A stretch of 64,000 bases of DNA from Eledone cirrhosa (Eukaryota). The stretch spans positions 73,780,001 to 73,844,000 of the forward strand of contig OZ024746.1 of NCBI GenBank assembly GCA_964016885.1, written 5' to 3'. Shown in pieces: positions 1 to 12,790 of this stretch (positions are counted from its first letter, which is position 1; the number at the start of each line of letters is the position of its first letter). The translations under genes were made by a program, and so were the position numbers. The notes below the pieces were generated by a model, which was given only the letters and a program-made list of their open reading frames with translations, had not been told where the DNA came from and did no database searches.

Positions 1-580
1 GAATTGCGCCACCCCAGTACATTTGCTAAAAAGTGAGTGAATGTGGCGCAAATAACCCGTGTGCATGGGCATACTCTGAGCATGCGCCTGTAGGCTGGTT
101 GATTTGAGGAGGAGAGGCGGGTACTTCACGGGTACTCATGAAGCGTCGGGTGGTTCAGGATTGGTGCGGTACCTCAGCTGTCCCTGGGTGGTTCTTCCCC
201 CATTGAGGAATTCTGTTGTTTGCATTTTTATCGTTTATTATTATTATTGCTGTATTTGAGGGCGGTGGATTGGCAAAATCGGTGGAGGGTCGGACGCCAT
301 GCTTTCCAGCATAGTTTCGTCCCTTTACGATCTGAGTTCAAATCCCGCCGAGGTTGACTTTGCCTTTCATCCTTACGGGGTCGATAAAATAAAGTACCAG
401 TAATGCACTGGGTAATTGCTGGCCTTGTGCCTAATGTAGAAACAATTATTATTATTGCTGTATATATTTTTTAATTCGTCATTATTTTGTAAACCCCTAC
501 TGTCCCTGTCTTGTATTGGCCCCTATATATAGGCCCTAGTGGTCAATAAAGAAGTTATTATTATTATTATTATTATTATT
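1..580 (+). mobile_element. 3' end of a diverged Tx1/L1-clade LINE, interrupted by a SINE
   Basis: 1-93 translates ELRHPSTFAKK*VNVAQITRVHGHTLSMRL*, which aligns to the ORF2 C-terminus EVLYPSKFYERWVKVARMARVNGPSLYISL* of the LINE fragment at 51196-51560. The 3' end GCCCTAGTGGTCAATAAAGAA+(TTA)n resembles GCCCCTGTGGCTAATAAAGAA at ~51536. Confidence 0.75.
260..444 (+). mobile_element. tRNA-derived SINE with 19-bp target-site duplication
   Basis: A-box-like TGGCAAAATCGG, B-box GAGTTCAAATCC, central GCCTTTCATCCTTACGGGGTCGATAAAATAAAGTACCAG (Meta-domain-like from memory). ATTATTATTATTGCTGTAT occurs at 237-255 and 445-463. Confidence 0.9.
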
Positions 581-599
581 ATGTATGTATAAATACATA

Positions 600-633
<34 letters not shown>

Positions 634-686
634 TATACACATATAACTATCTATGCATATATACACCGCTCTCTATATAAATATAC

Positions 687-762
<76 letters not shown>

Positions 763-856
763 GAGAGTGAGTATGTGGTGCTGAGATCAGGGAGACCACT
801 CTATTCATGGAAAAAAAGTTGGGTTCCTAACTCTCCCTCCCCCCCTCTCTCTCTCT

Positions 857-952
<96 letters not shown>

Positions 953-1043
953 GTATGCTTGTATGTACACATATTATATTATAAAGTTGTGAATGTAATT
1001 TTTTTTCTGGAGAATCGACACCAATGTCGGATTGGTACTTTAT

Positions 1044-1680
1044 TTATCGGCCTGATACGCGATAAGGCCCACGCACAGCCCCGGTGGACAGAATGGAGAA
1101 GGCGTTTCCTCGCAGGACAGCAAGAGAGACGCGCTGGAAAAGCCACTCCAACTCGCGGGGCTCACACATGCGGCTGGCCAGCTCAGCGCCTATGGTGGTG
1201 AGTAAGGAGGTAGCCTTGGGGCCGTGGACACCAGAAGTCTCCACTGCCAGGGGTACGACCGCAAACCTGTCGGAGAGCGACCGGTATTTAGAGGAGTTTG
1301 GCCTCCTCAGCCCGACGTGCAGCAGAACCTGGATCAGTCGCAGACTGCACCAGGTTGCGGTTGCAGAAAGTGTCGGTGCAAGTGGCATCCCAGACGAGGG
1401 GTTTGCCACACGGAACGGGAAGATGGTCATACCGTCTGGCCTTTTGCCGTCACCTCGATCCAGCCCTACCGGCTCGAGCTGGGAAGTGAAGCCTGCAGCG
1501 TCCAAGCCATGCTTAATGACCTCGTTGAGGGCAGCATGGCGTGGAATGCGGCCGGCACTGTGGCGACAGGAAAGCGGGTGGAGGCCGAAAGAATCCACGG
1601 TGGAACCGCAGCGACATTGGTGTGGCTGGCAGATCCGGAGGCCGAGCCCCAGGGAAACACCGATGCGCATTACACTGTAA
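1044..1680 (-). mobile_element. 5'-truncated CRE-clade-like non-LTR retrotransposon (zinc knuckle + restriction-like endonuclease), frameshifted
   Basis: CRCG...HPLSC knuckle, RH, RPDG, WDATC (second frame), PLAVETSG, LFQRVSLAVLRGNA motifs, typical of CRE-type RLE C-termini. Confidence 0.85.
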
Positions 1681-1769
1681 TTTGCTATAATATACTAATC
1701 AGCTTGGGAATAGAAACTTGTCGGATCTATCTATTTCTCTACCCACGTCTGTCAGTCAATCTCTGTTTC

Positions 1770-1894
1770 TCTCTCTATATATATATGTGTGTTTATATAT
1801 ATGTATATATATATATATATATATGGTTATATGTATATATATATGTATTTATTATATGTGTTTATATAATAAATACATATATATATACATATAA

Positions 1895-1937
<43 letters not shown>

Positions 1938-2362
1938 TATAAACACATATATATATACATATATATAAACACATATATATATACATATATATAAACACAC
2001 ATATATATATATACATATATATAAACACATATATATATACATATATATAAACACATATATATATACATATATATATACATATATATAAACACATATATAA
2101 ACATGTGTATATATATGTGTTTATATATATGTATATATATATATGTGTGTTTATATATATGTATATATATATGTATATATATATATATGTGTTTATATAT
2201 ATGTATATATATATATGTATGTGTTTATATATATGTATATATATATATGTATTTATATATATATATATATGTGGGTTTATATATATGTATATATATATAT
2301 GTATTTATATATATGTATATATATATATGTATTTATATATATGTATATATATATATATATAT
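1770..2362. repeat. Compound (TA)/(TG) microsatellite with internal inversions
   Basis: TATATATGTGTTTATATATATG-type units switch orientation at about 1860 and 2103. Confidence 0.85.
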
Positions 2363-2558
2363 ATAGGAACCAGTAAGACCCCGACAGCTGAGCTCAAGCC
2401 GTTTCGACGGCTAATTCAGTCCAGAATTAGCCGTCGAAACGGCTTGAGCTCAGCTGTCGGGGTCTTACTGGTTCCTATTACCCACTCTACTACCTCAAGT
2501 ATTGAGTACTTTGGTGCGTTATGGTCCACCTGGTTCCTTACCACATTTCCTTCGTTAT
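2363..2558 (+). mobile_element. Short fold-back element (copy 1): 55-bp arms plus 80-bp tail, carries the 3' half of a hammerhead
   Basis: Arms 2363-2417 and 2424-2478 are reverse complements around AGTCCA; flanked by (TA)n; related copies at 4278, 48166 and a tail relic at 53925. Confidence 0.85.
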
Positions 2559-3176
2559 ATATATATATATATATGTTTATATATATGTATATATATAATC
2601 ATAGTCTCTTCCTATATTTCCCGGGAAAATATTCAGGAACACACACACAAACACTTACACCATTTTCGCACGCACGCAACCATATGTTCCCACGTATCCA
2701 CACCACAGAAAAACACACACTCACGTGCGTATCCTCACATACTAGGCCTCCGGACTCCTCACGCCTACTCTCCCCACTCCCTCTGACCCCTCTCCATCCA
2801 CACACACACACACACACACACGCACTGACTTACACCCCACTCTATGTACACACTGGTTTTCCTTTTACCCGAACATGGAACCTCGTTCTTCCCCAAACTC
2901 TCACACTCACATCCACACATACACACAACACGCGCGTACACCTACACATATACACACACACTACCTTCCGCCCTCCCCGCTCAGACCTCCTGTCTTCCTC
3001 TCTCCTCTCCACCCACCGACAACCACCCCTACACGCCTAACACCTTTTCACCACTTGTTTCAATTTTTACCCTCTTTTTAATTTTTTTCCTTCCCTTTAA
3101 CACCCCCCCCCCTTTTTAATGTCTTTCCACCTCTCGCCCTCACACCCTCGGAACTCTTTTCCTTCCCACTTTTCTC

Positions 3177-3204
3177 CTGATGAAGGGCTTATGCCCGAAA
3201 CGTC
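3177..3204 (+). ncRNA. Minimal hammerhead core in a Penelope-like 3' relic (~2600-3295)
   Basis: CTGATGA-A-GGGC-TTAT-GCCC-GAAA-CG-TC; stem I is not evident. The downstream TCAAGCGT..AACTAATA tail is shared with ~11030 and ~19385. Confidence 0.65.
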
Positions 3205-3398
3205 GTCCCCCACCCCCCACTCTCAAGCGTGAAACTAATACTAACACTTTGTACTGTACTCTTCGTTATTGTTTATGTTTTTTGTTTTAACTTATATATA
3301 TATATATATATATATATATAAGATATATAAGATATGTCCAAAGGCTCTGATACCATCAACACTATAAACACAGAGCTGGCATATCTAAGAACCGACTA

Positions 3399-3454
3399 AC
3401 TTCCTGATGAGGTCATAGCCATTCAATGGCTATCATCGAAATATATATAGCAGT
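3399..3454 (+). ncRNA. Type I hammerhead ribozyme (slightly decayed)
   Basis: ACTTC-CTGATGA-GGT.ATAGCCA(TTCAA)TGGCTAT.ATC-GAAA-TATATA-TA-GCAGT; stem I has one mismatch; stem III is palindromic. Confidence 0.7.
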
Positions 3455-3495
3455 AAATAAAGGATTATGAGTTCATGCAATTGACTTATGTTTCG

Positions 3496-3527
<32 letters not shown>

Positions 3528-3532
<5 letters not shown>

Positions 3533-4146
3533 ATGGCTGCCCCTTCGTTATCGAGTATGGCCGTTGCATGATATAATATTATTAATAATTATCAAATTAA
3601 TTGTTTCTACTTTTGGCACAAGGCCAGCAATTATCCCAGTGTATTACTGGTACTTTATTTTATCGACCCCGTAAGGATGAAAGGCAAAGTTAACCTCGGC
3701 GGGATTTGAACTCAGACAATAAAAGGCCGTAACTCTATGCTGCAAAGCATGGCGTCCAGCCCTCTACCGATACTGCCAAACTACCACCTTATCAATTAAT
3801 GCTATCGTGCAATGCCTGTGTGTGAAGATTCTTTTTAAAGTGAGGAAAGACTGTGCTCTGAGCCAATCCCACTCTCTGAGCGTCAGTAGCTATAACCCGA
3901 AAAGAAGAACAGATCAACATCATTGGTAACTACTGAGCCGCAAATTTTATGTCGGAGTTATCCCAGTTTCATGAGTTCCTTTCGCCTAGAAGAATGCCCT
4001 GACGAAGGCTAGGGTTCCTTCACTCATAGTGGTTTAATTGCGTGATCGGGTTTCCAGCCCGATTATTTCTGTCCCCGCTGGACAAAAAACAAAACCTGAC
4101 AAAGAGCGGAAGAACTCATAAGAGTGAAACGGTCATCCAAAAGTGT

Positions 4147-4150
<4 letters not shown>
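3528..4150 (-). mobile_element. Non-autonomous RTE-derived element interrupted by a SINE (~3598-3790, minus strand)
   Basis: The reverse complement matches 47725-48128 at CCCTAGCCTTCGTCAGGGCA..CTAGG, at CCAATGATGTTGA..TGTTCTTCTTTT and at the 3' GGCCATACTCG....CGA.GGCAGCCA stem-loop. Confidence 0.65.
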
Positions 4151-4236
<86 letters not shown>

Positions 4237-4277
4237 CACATACACATACATATCTATATCTCTATATCTCTCTCTCT

Positions 4278-4562
4278 ATAGGAACCAGTAAGACCCCGAC
4301 GGCTGAGCTCAAGCCGTTTCGACGGCTAATTCTGGACTAAATTTAGTCCAGAATTAGCCGTCGAAACGGCTTGAGCTCAGCCGTCGGGGTGTTACTGGTT
4401 CCTATTACCCACTCTACTACCCTAAGTATTGAGTACTTTGGTGCGTTATGGTCCACCTGGTTCCTTACCACATTTCCTTCGTTATCTAGCTCCTATTCCC
4501 GTAGTAGAGCACTTTCCGACCCTACCACGCCATATCCAGACTTTTCCGCTAAGCTCAATTAT
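4278..4562 (+). mobile_element. Short fold-back element (copy 2): 64-bp-arm palindrome plus longer tail
   Basis: 4278-4405 is a loopless palindrome centred at 4341/4342 with one mismatch. It has the same tail as copy 1 up to 4485, then about 77 bp more. Confidence 0.85.
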
Positions 4563-4778
4563 CTCTCTCTCTCTCTATATATATAGATATATCCTCAATC
4601 GACTTTCCTCTCCCTCCATTTCTTGCTCCTATTCACACTCTCCATATTTAACACTATACCCCTGTTAACTTCTAACTACAGGTAGTACCTTAGTCGTAGT
4701 TGTTATTTAACCCCAGGTCAACTCTGATTCTGCAGACCTATATGGAAAGACGTTCCCTCCATAATCAACCCATTTTTG

Positions 4779-4848
<70 letters not shown>

Positions 4849-5149
4849 GCTGTAAGATACGAAGGTGTGATCTGAGGGAATTTTGCTTCTATTTCTAACA
4901 GATCCGAGGAGATCACATATTGACTTCTTTGTTGCCTTATTTTAACCATAGCTGTCTCTGCATGCGATTGTGTCTGTGTGTCCGACTACTGCCAGACAAG
5001 CAACCACTGAAATCTATTTGCTACATCCGCTATCAGCTGTACAGTGCACATTCCACATCACACCAACCAGTGAGTGTGGGCCGTTGCTAAAATAGCAGTT
5101 GCAATGTTGCTTCAGACACCATTGCAGTTTATAAAACTGCAATAGTAAG

Positions 5150-5990
5150 TGCAGGAGTTGTTGTTGTGGTTGTTTAACCCCTGGTCAATCTTGATCAAAC
5201 AGAATTATGATCGAAGGCATTCCAAAAGTGACCATCATGAAGCTTTAAGCGAATGTAGGACTACAATATATAATTGTTTCTACTTTAGGCACAAGGCCAG
5301 CAATTACCCAGTACATTACTGGTACTTTATTTTATCGACCCCGTAAGGCTGAAAGGCAAAGTTAACCTCGGCGGGATTTGAACTCAAACCGTAAAGGGAC
5401 GTAACTATGCTAGAAAGCATGGCGTCCAACCCTCTACAATATATAATTATTTCTACTTTAGGCACAAGGCCAGCAATTACCCAGTGCATTACTGGTACTT
5501 TATTTTATCGACCCCGTAAGGATAATGTTTAGTTTTTGATTTCCATCTGGTCAATCTTGATTAAGCAGACCAATGATGAAAGGCTTTCCAGTCGTGACCA
5601 TCACGACGCTTTAAGAATATCTAAGAGTACTATATAAACTATTGTTTTTTTTTGGAGGGAGGTAAGTTGTTTTCCCTCAGGTCAATCCGAATCAGTCTAA
5701 CCTATAATAAAAGACATTCCAGCCGTGACCATCGCGTTTTTGTAGTGGTATATAGAACTTTATTAGCTGTCTTGAATATTTAGGTAGCTCAAGGACAATG
5801 CTGACCAAACTGACCCATGATGAAAGACACTCCAGCCGTGACCATCCCGATACTTTAAGAGTATATTATATACCTTTTTAAGAGGACAGGTTTACTTTGA
5901 GGGGTATTAGGCTGCTATTTCTAGTAGATTGGGTGATTACGTAAAAGCTCTGGAATTGCATTGGTTACAGGAAGCAATGGGATGTTTCAC
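5150..5990 (-). mobile_element. Cluster of an old (CAA)n-tailed dispersed repeat plus two SINE copies (5268-5440, 5445-5523)
   Basis: Recurrent GTTGTTTA.CCC..GGTCAAT...ATGAT.AAAGGC.TTCCAGCCGTGACCATC also seen at 9640-10125, ~11265-11430, ~41370-41420 and ~43025-43105. Confidence 0.6.
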
Positions 5991-5996
5991 CCCATT

Positions 5997-8900
5997 GCTA
6001 TAGTAGACAGCCACAAGATGATGGGAGTAGCTGTGGTTGTTTAGCCCTAGGCCTGTCATGCTATAGTAGACAGCCACAAGATGATGGGAGTAGCTGTGGT
6101 TGTTTAGCCCTAGGTCTGTCATGCTATAGTAGACAGCCACAAGATGATGGGAGTAGCTGTGGTTGTTTAGCCCTAGGCCTGTCATGCTATAGTAGACAGC
6201 CACAAGATGATAGGAGTAGCTGTGGTTGTTTAGCCCTAGGCCAGTCATGCTATAGTAGACAGCCACAAGATGATGGGAGTAGCTGTGGTTGTTTAGCCCT
6301 AGGCCTGTCATGCTGTAGTAGACAGCCACAAGATGATGGGAGTAGCTGTGGTTGTTTAGCCCTAGGCCTGTCATGCTATAGTAGACAGCCACAAGATGAT
6401 GGGAGTAGCTGTGGTTGTTTAGCCCTAGGCCTGTCATGCTATAGTAGACAGCCACAAGATGGCGGGAGTAGCTGTGGCTGTTTAGCCCTAGGCCAGTCAT
6501 GCTATAGTAGACAGCCACAAGATGATGGGAGTAGCTGTGGTTGTTTAGCCCTAGGCCTGTCATGCTGTAGTAGACAGCCACAAGATGATGGGAGTAGCTG
6601 TGGTTGTTTAGCCCTAGGCCTGTCATGCTATAGTAGACAGCCACAAGATGGCGGGAGTAGCTGTGGCTGTTTAGCCCTAGGCCAGTCATGCTATGTTAGA
6701 CAGCCACAAGATGATGGGAGTAGCTGTGGTTGTTTAGCCCTAGGCCAGTCATGCTATAGTAGACAGCCACAAGATGATGGGAGTAGCTGTGGTTGTTTAG
6801 CCCTAGGCCTGTCATGCTATAGTAGACAGCCACAAGATGACGGGAGTAGCTGTGGTTGTTTAGCCCTAGGCCTGTCATGCTGTAGTAGACAGCCACAAGA
6901 TGATGGGAGTAGCTGTGGTTGTTTAGCCCTAGGGCTGTCATGCTGTAGTAGACAGCCACAAGATGATGGGAGTAGCTGTGGTTGTTTAGCCCTAGGCCAG
7001 TCATGCTATGTTAGACAGCCACAAGATGACGGGAGTAGCTGTGGTTGTTTAGCCCTAGGCCTGTCATGCTATAGTAGACAGCCACAAGATGATGGGAGTA
7101 GCTGTGGTTGTTTAGCCCTAGGCCTGTCATGCTGTAGTAGACAGCCATAAGATGATGGGAGTAGCTGTGGTTGTTTAGCCCTAGGCCTGTCATGCTGTAG
7201 TAGACAGCCACAAGATGATGGGAGTAGCTGTGGTTGTTTAGCCCTAGGCCTGTCATGCTGTAGTAGACAGCCACAAGATGATGGGAGTAGCTGTGGTTGT
7301 TTAGCCCTAGGCCTGTCATGCTGTAGTAGACAGCCACAAGATGATGGGAGTAGCTGTGGTTGTTTAGCCCTAGGCCTGTCATGCTGTAGTAGACAGCCAC
7401 AAGATGATGGGAGTAGCTGTGGTTGTTTAGCCCTAGGCCAGTCATGCTATGTTAGACAGCCACAAGATGACGGGAGTAGCTGTGGTTGTTTAGCCCTAGG
7501 CCTGTCATGCTGTAGTAGACAGCCACAAGATGATGGGAGTAGCTGTGGTTGTTTAGCCCTAGGCCTGTCATGCTGTAGTAGACAGCCACAAGATGATGGG
7601 AGTAGCTGTGGTTGTTTAGCCCTAGGCCTGTCATGCTGTAGTAGACAGCCACAAGATGATGGGAGTAGCTGTGGTTGTTTAGCCCTAGGCCTGTCATGCT
7701 GTAGTAGACAGCCACAAGATGATGGGAGTAGCTGTGGTTGTTTAGCCCTAGGCCTGTCATGCTGTAGTAGACAGCCACAAGATGATGGGAGTAGCTGTGG
7801 TTGTTTAGCCCTAGGCCTGTCATGCTGTAGTAGACAGCCATAAGATGACGGGAGTAGCTGTGGTTGTTTAGCCCTAGGCCTGTCATGTTGTAGTAGACAG
7901 CCACAAGATGATGGGAGTAGCTGTGGTTGTTTAGCCCTAGGCCTGTCATGCTGTAGTAGACAGCCACAAGATGATGGGAGTAGCTGTGGTTGTTTAGCCC
8001 TAGGTCTGTCATGCTGTAGTAGACAGCCACAAGATGATGGGAGTAGCTGTGGTTGTTTAGCCCTAGGCCAGTCATGCGATGGTAGACAGCCACAAGGTGA
8101 CGGGAGTAGCTGTGGTTGTTTAGCCCTAGGCCTGTCATGCTGTAGTAGACAGCCATAAGATGATGGGAGTAGCTGTGGTTGTTTAGCCCTAGGCCTGCCA
8201 TGCTGTAGTAGACAGCCACAAGATGATGGGAGTAGCTGTGGTTGTTTAGCCCTAGGCCTGTCATGCTGTAGTAGACAGCCACAAGATGATGGGAGTAGCT
8301 GTGGTTGTTTAGCCCTAGGCCTGTCATGCTATAGTAGACAGCCACAAGATGATGGGAGTAGCTGTGGTTGTTTAGCCCTAGGCCTGTCGGGCTATAGTAG
8401 ACAGCCATAAGATGACGGGAGTAGCTGTGGTTGTTTAGCCCTAGGCCAGTCATGCTGTAGTAGACAGCCACAAGATGACGGGAGTAGCTGTGGTTGTTTA
8501 GCCCTAGGCCTGTCATGCTGTAGTAGACAGCCACAAGATGATGGGAGTAGCTGTGGTTGTTTAGCCCTAGGCCTGTCATGCTATAGTAGACAGCCACAAG
8601 ATGACGTGAGTAGCTGTGGTTGTTTAGCCCTAGGCCAGTCATGCTGTAGTAGACAGCCACAAGATGACGGGAGTAGCTGTGGTTGTTTAGCCCTAGGCCT
8701 GTCATGCTGTAGTAGACAGCCACAAGATGATGGGAGTAGCTGTGGTTGTTTAGCCCTAGGCCTGTCAGGCTATAGTAGACAGCCATAAGATGATGGGAGT
8801 AGCTGTGGTTGTTTAGCCCTAGGCCTGTCATGCTATAGTAGACAGCCACAAGATGACGTGAGTAGCTGTGGTTGTTTAGCCCTAGGCCAGTCATGCTGTA

Positions 8901-9636
8901 GTAGACAGCCACAAGATGACGGGAGTAGCTGTGGTTGTTTAGCCCTAGGCCAGTCATGCTGTAGTAGACAGCCACAAGATGACGGGAGTAGCTGTGGTTG
9001 TTTAGCCCTAGGCCAGTCATGCTATAGTAGACAGCCACAAGATAATGGGAGTAGCTGTGGTTGTTTAGCCCTAGGCCAGTCATGCTATAGTAGACAGCCA
9101 TAAGATGATGGGCGTAGCTGTGGTTGTTTAGCCCTAGGCCTGTCATGCTGTAGTAGACAGCCACAAGATGATGGGAGTAGCTGTGGTTGTTTAGCCCTAG
9201 GCCTGTCAGGCTATAGTAGACAGCCACAAGATGATGGGAGTAGCTGTGGTTGTTTAGCCCTAGGCATGTCATGCTGTAGTAGACAGCCACAAGATGATGG
9301 GAGTAGCTGTGGTTGTTTAGCCCTAGGCCTGTCAGGCTATAGTAGACAGCCACAAGATGATGGGAGTAGCTGTGGTTGTTTAGCCCTAGGCCAGTCATGC
9401 TATAGTAGACAGACATAGAAGACCGGAGAATTTCAGGCTGTTTAGCCAGAGGCCAGTCATGCTATTGTAGACATACATAAGATGATGGGAGTAGTTCAGG
9501 CTGTTTAGCCCTAGGCCAGTCATGCCAGTCAGGCTATTGTGACATACATAAGATGATGGGAGTAGTTCAGGCTGTTTAGCCCTAGGCCAGTCATGCCAGT
9601 CATGCTATTGTAGACATACATAAGATGACTTGAGTA
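5997..9636. repeat. 63-bp minisatellite, about 54 homogeneous units plus ~3 degenerate terminal units
   Basis: Unit GCTATAGTAGACAGCCACAAGATGATGGGAGTAGCTGTGGTTGTTTAGCCCTAGGCCTGTCAT repeated head-to-tail to ~9416, then diverging. Confidence 0.97.
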
Positions 9637-10577
9637 GTATTTTTACTAGAATAGTGTGCCACGAATCAACCTTATCCAATGTGTCCTTTTAGAAGACTTT
9701 TAAAGTGTAGGCTGATAGAGATTTGGCTGATATATCAAGCAGGACGAGACACCACGTAAAGGCTTCTTCTCCAGTCGCTTTTGAACCCTAAGATCAACTC
9801 TGATAGAGGAAACCTATGATCAAAGGCCGTCCAACCATACCCATCCCATGATTTCGTATATTTATAAAACAAATGTCCAATGTCCCTTTTTATTCCCGTT
9901 TTAAAGAAGTTAAGCTACGATTAGTGAAATGGTAGTTGTTTAGCCTGAGGTCAATCCTGATCTAGACAGAGAAATTCTGATCAAAAAGCGTTTTAGGCGT
10001 GACCATCCTGTCTTTTGTACATACATAACTACATTGTCCAATGTGTACATTTTTAAAAATCAATATAGTGCTACATGAGGGAGATTTGGCCGACATTTCT
10101 CGCAGGTAAAGTAACTGCTTAGATGTTCATTCTGGAAACAATGTGTGTGTGTGACTGTGTGTACGATTATGTATGCGCGTATGTAAATGTGTGTACGTCT
10201 GCGCATATGTCAATGCGTGCACCTGTGCGCATGCCTCCTCCCCCCCCATATATATATATATATATATAGTTATATATATATGTAGGAGGTGAGTTTTATT
10301 GTAGCACAATAAAGCAATGCAAATATCGGATAAGTAGCACTCTACAGTTTGTATGACTGGAGTATAAATAATATAATATATGTTGATTTAAAACCTCACT
10401 TATACTCACTTATACTCCTCCCCCACCATTCTTTACTCTCATCTCCTCCTCTTCCTTACCCCCCCCCTCACTCTCACTGTTTCCCAATCTCACACATCAA
10501 TCTTAAATTATTTTTCATATGTTGATTTAAAACTTCACTATTCACAAGTGTTTTTTAAGCTTCATATCTTGTATCCC

Positions 10578-10648
10578 TATTTTATCTGATGAAAACGCAG
10601 ATATCATCCCATGATGATATTTGTTTTTGAAATGCGCATAATAAAATA
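10578..10648 (+). ncRNA. Complete type I hammerhead ribozyme in a Penelope-like end (~10290-10685)
   Basis: TATTTTAT-CTGATGA-AAA.GCAGATATCATC(CCAT)GATGATATTTGT.TTT-GAAA-TGCGCA-TA-ATAAAATA: perfect 8-bp stem I, long stem II, palindromic stem III. Confidence 0.85.
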
Positions 10649-10678
10649 CTTGGAACTCTTTTAACCATCTTTTGATCT

Positions 10679-10739
<61 letters not shown>

Positions 10740-11504
10740 AATAATGGAGCTGCGGCGTTGCAAATGGGTTACATATGAAAAAGTGAGTCCTTCATCAGTG
10801 ACCCTCCAACCGTCCTAGGCATTTCATCGCTTTAAGGGCCATATACCTCAGGTTGGTGCGAACAACGGCTAAAAAAAGTCGTTGGGACACGTAAATAAAG
10901 AGAACGTTAGGGTAAACAAACAAAATGGTTTAAGCAACAGAAAGTGAGACGAAAGAGACAAGTCCCAGATTTCTATATATATGTATGTATAGGACTATTG
11001 TCCGCAATATAAAGACACTTTTCCTTTTATATCAAGCGTTAAACTAATATAATTCGTCATTGTACTGTAGTGTTTGTTTCTGTTTACTTTTTGCACACAC
11101 ACACTCACACATACACACACAAACACACGTACACACACACACACACATATATATATATATCTGTGTGTATGTGGGTGTCTGTGAGTGTGTATGTAAGTGT
11201 ATGTATATATAAGTACCGCGCTCAGTTTTGTGTGTTATCTGCATTGAAATTAAACTTCTCATCAGCCCTGCCTAGCAGATCTATAATCAAAGGCATTTAA
11301 GTTAAGGCAGTTTTGTCTGCTTGTATATCAAGTAATTCGTTGTCCAATGTGATCTTTCGCTTTTAAGACTTGAGGGAGATTCGGCTACTGTTTCTAGCAA
11401 GTCGAGCGATCACGCCGAGACCACTGATTGACTTTTAATCTGAGACCGCTGATTGACTTAATTGTGTGCCTGAAGGTGTGGATATATAGATATGTCTGAA
11501 CGTG

Positions 11505-11517
11505 ACCATGTGTGTGT

Positions 11518-11610
<93 letters not shown>

Positions 11611-12790
11611 TGAGGAGTTTGCGCGAGTGTGTTAATGTGTGTGTGTGTTTATATGCATATGTGGATGCGCGTACGTGTGTGTGTGTGCATGCGTGTGTAG
11701 ATTGCTAAGTGTGTGCTTGATTGTATGTGTGCGTCTCATTGTGTGTGTGTGTGTGTGTGTGTGTATGCGTGTGTGTGCATGTGTGAATGTCTGCCCGAGT
11801 GTGTGCGTGTCTGTGTGAATGTGTATATACGTGAATAAGTGTGCGTGTACGTGTGTGTGTGTGTGTGTGATGCGTGTGTAGATTGCTAAGTGTGTGCTTG
11901 AATGTATGTGTGTGTGTGTGTGTGCGTGTCTGTGTGAATGTGTATATACGCGAATAAGTGTGCGTGTACGTGTGTGTGTATGTGTGTGCATGCGTGTGTA
12001 GATTGCTAAGTGTGTGCTTGAATGTATGTGTGTATGTGTGTGTGTGTGCGTGTGTGTGTGCGTGTGTGCATGTGTGAATGTCTGCCGAGTGTGTCAGTGT
12101 CTGTGTGAATGTGTATATACGCGAATAAGTGTGCGTGTACGTGTGTGACTGTGTGCGTATGAGTAGGTGTGCTTGAGACTTTGCTTGAATGTTTCCGCTA
12201 CTGCGTTTGCATGAGTGTGTATGTATGTGAGAGAGTGTGTGAATATGTGTACGTGTGTGAGTATATACTTATGCGTTATTGTGAGTGTGTGTCCGTGCGT
12301 TTGAGTGAGTGTATATGTGTGTATGAATGTATGCATGAGTGTTTGCGTTTATGTGTGTGTACGTATTTGCGTCAATGTGAGCGTGTGTGTGTGAATGGGC
12401 GAGTATATAACTCCATATTTGTCTGTGTGAACGTGTGTGTATGTTCGTGAGAGTGTGTGTGAATGTATGTGTGAACGTGTGTGAGTGCATGTTTATACGT
12501 ACGCGTATGTACCTGCACGCGAATGTGTGCGTGTGTGTGTGTAAATTGTGTGTGTATGATTGTATGTGTGAGTATGCATGTGTGTTTTTATGCAGGTGTG
12601 TGTGTGAAGATACGTTTATGTATGTGTGTGAGTTTGTATGTAGAGAATGACGTGATATATGCATGTGTCAGAGAATGTATGTGTATCAGTTTGTGGATGC
12701 ACTGTTTGAGTTGTATATGCATATGTAAGTGTGTGTGTGATTGTAGTGGTTTATCTGTATGTATATGTATGTGTGTGTGTGTGTGTGTAT
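11505..12790. repeat. (TG)n-derived compound repeat with internal ~120-180 bp duplications
   Basis: GTAGATTGCTAAGTGTGTGCTTGA recurs at ~11697, ~11878 and ~11998. Confidence 0.85.

Noticed and set aside
260-350. tRNA gene
   Set aside because: A/B boxes belong to the multi-copy SINE head; no cloverleaf.
1827-2376. The many [12 protein letters not shown] ORFs across the window
   Set aside because: Translations of (TA)n, (CA)n and (TG)n.
3998-4020. CTGACGAAGGC hammerhead-like core
   Set aside because: No downstream GAAA; lies within the RTE-derived element.
5937-9416. Long minus-strand ORFs (up to 654 aa) of a 21-aa repeat
   Set aside because: A by-product of a 63-bp (3x21) unit lacking stops in one frame; interrupted by stop variants, with no unique domain.
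5997-9636. CRISPR-like or ribozyme array
   Set aside because: No unique spacers and no cas genes; the loop has AGATGA but no CUGANGA/GAAA core.
10785-10856. Minus-strand CTGATGAAGGAC and CCAAC-CTGAGGT...GAAA...GGTTGG motifs
   Set aside because: Neither gives a complete core with a paired stem II.
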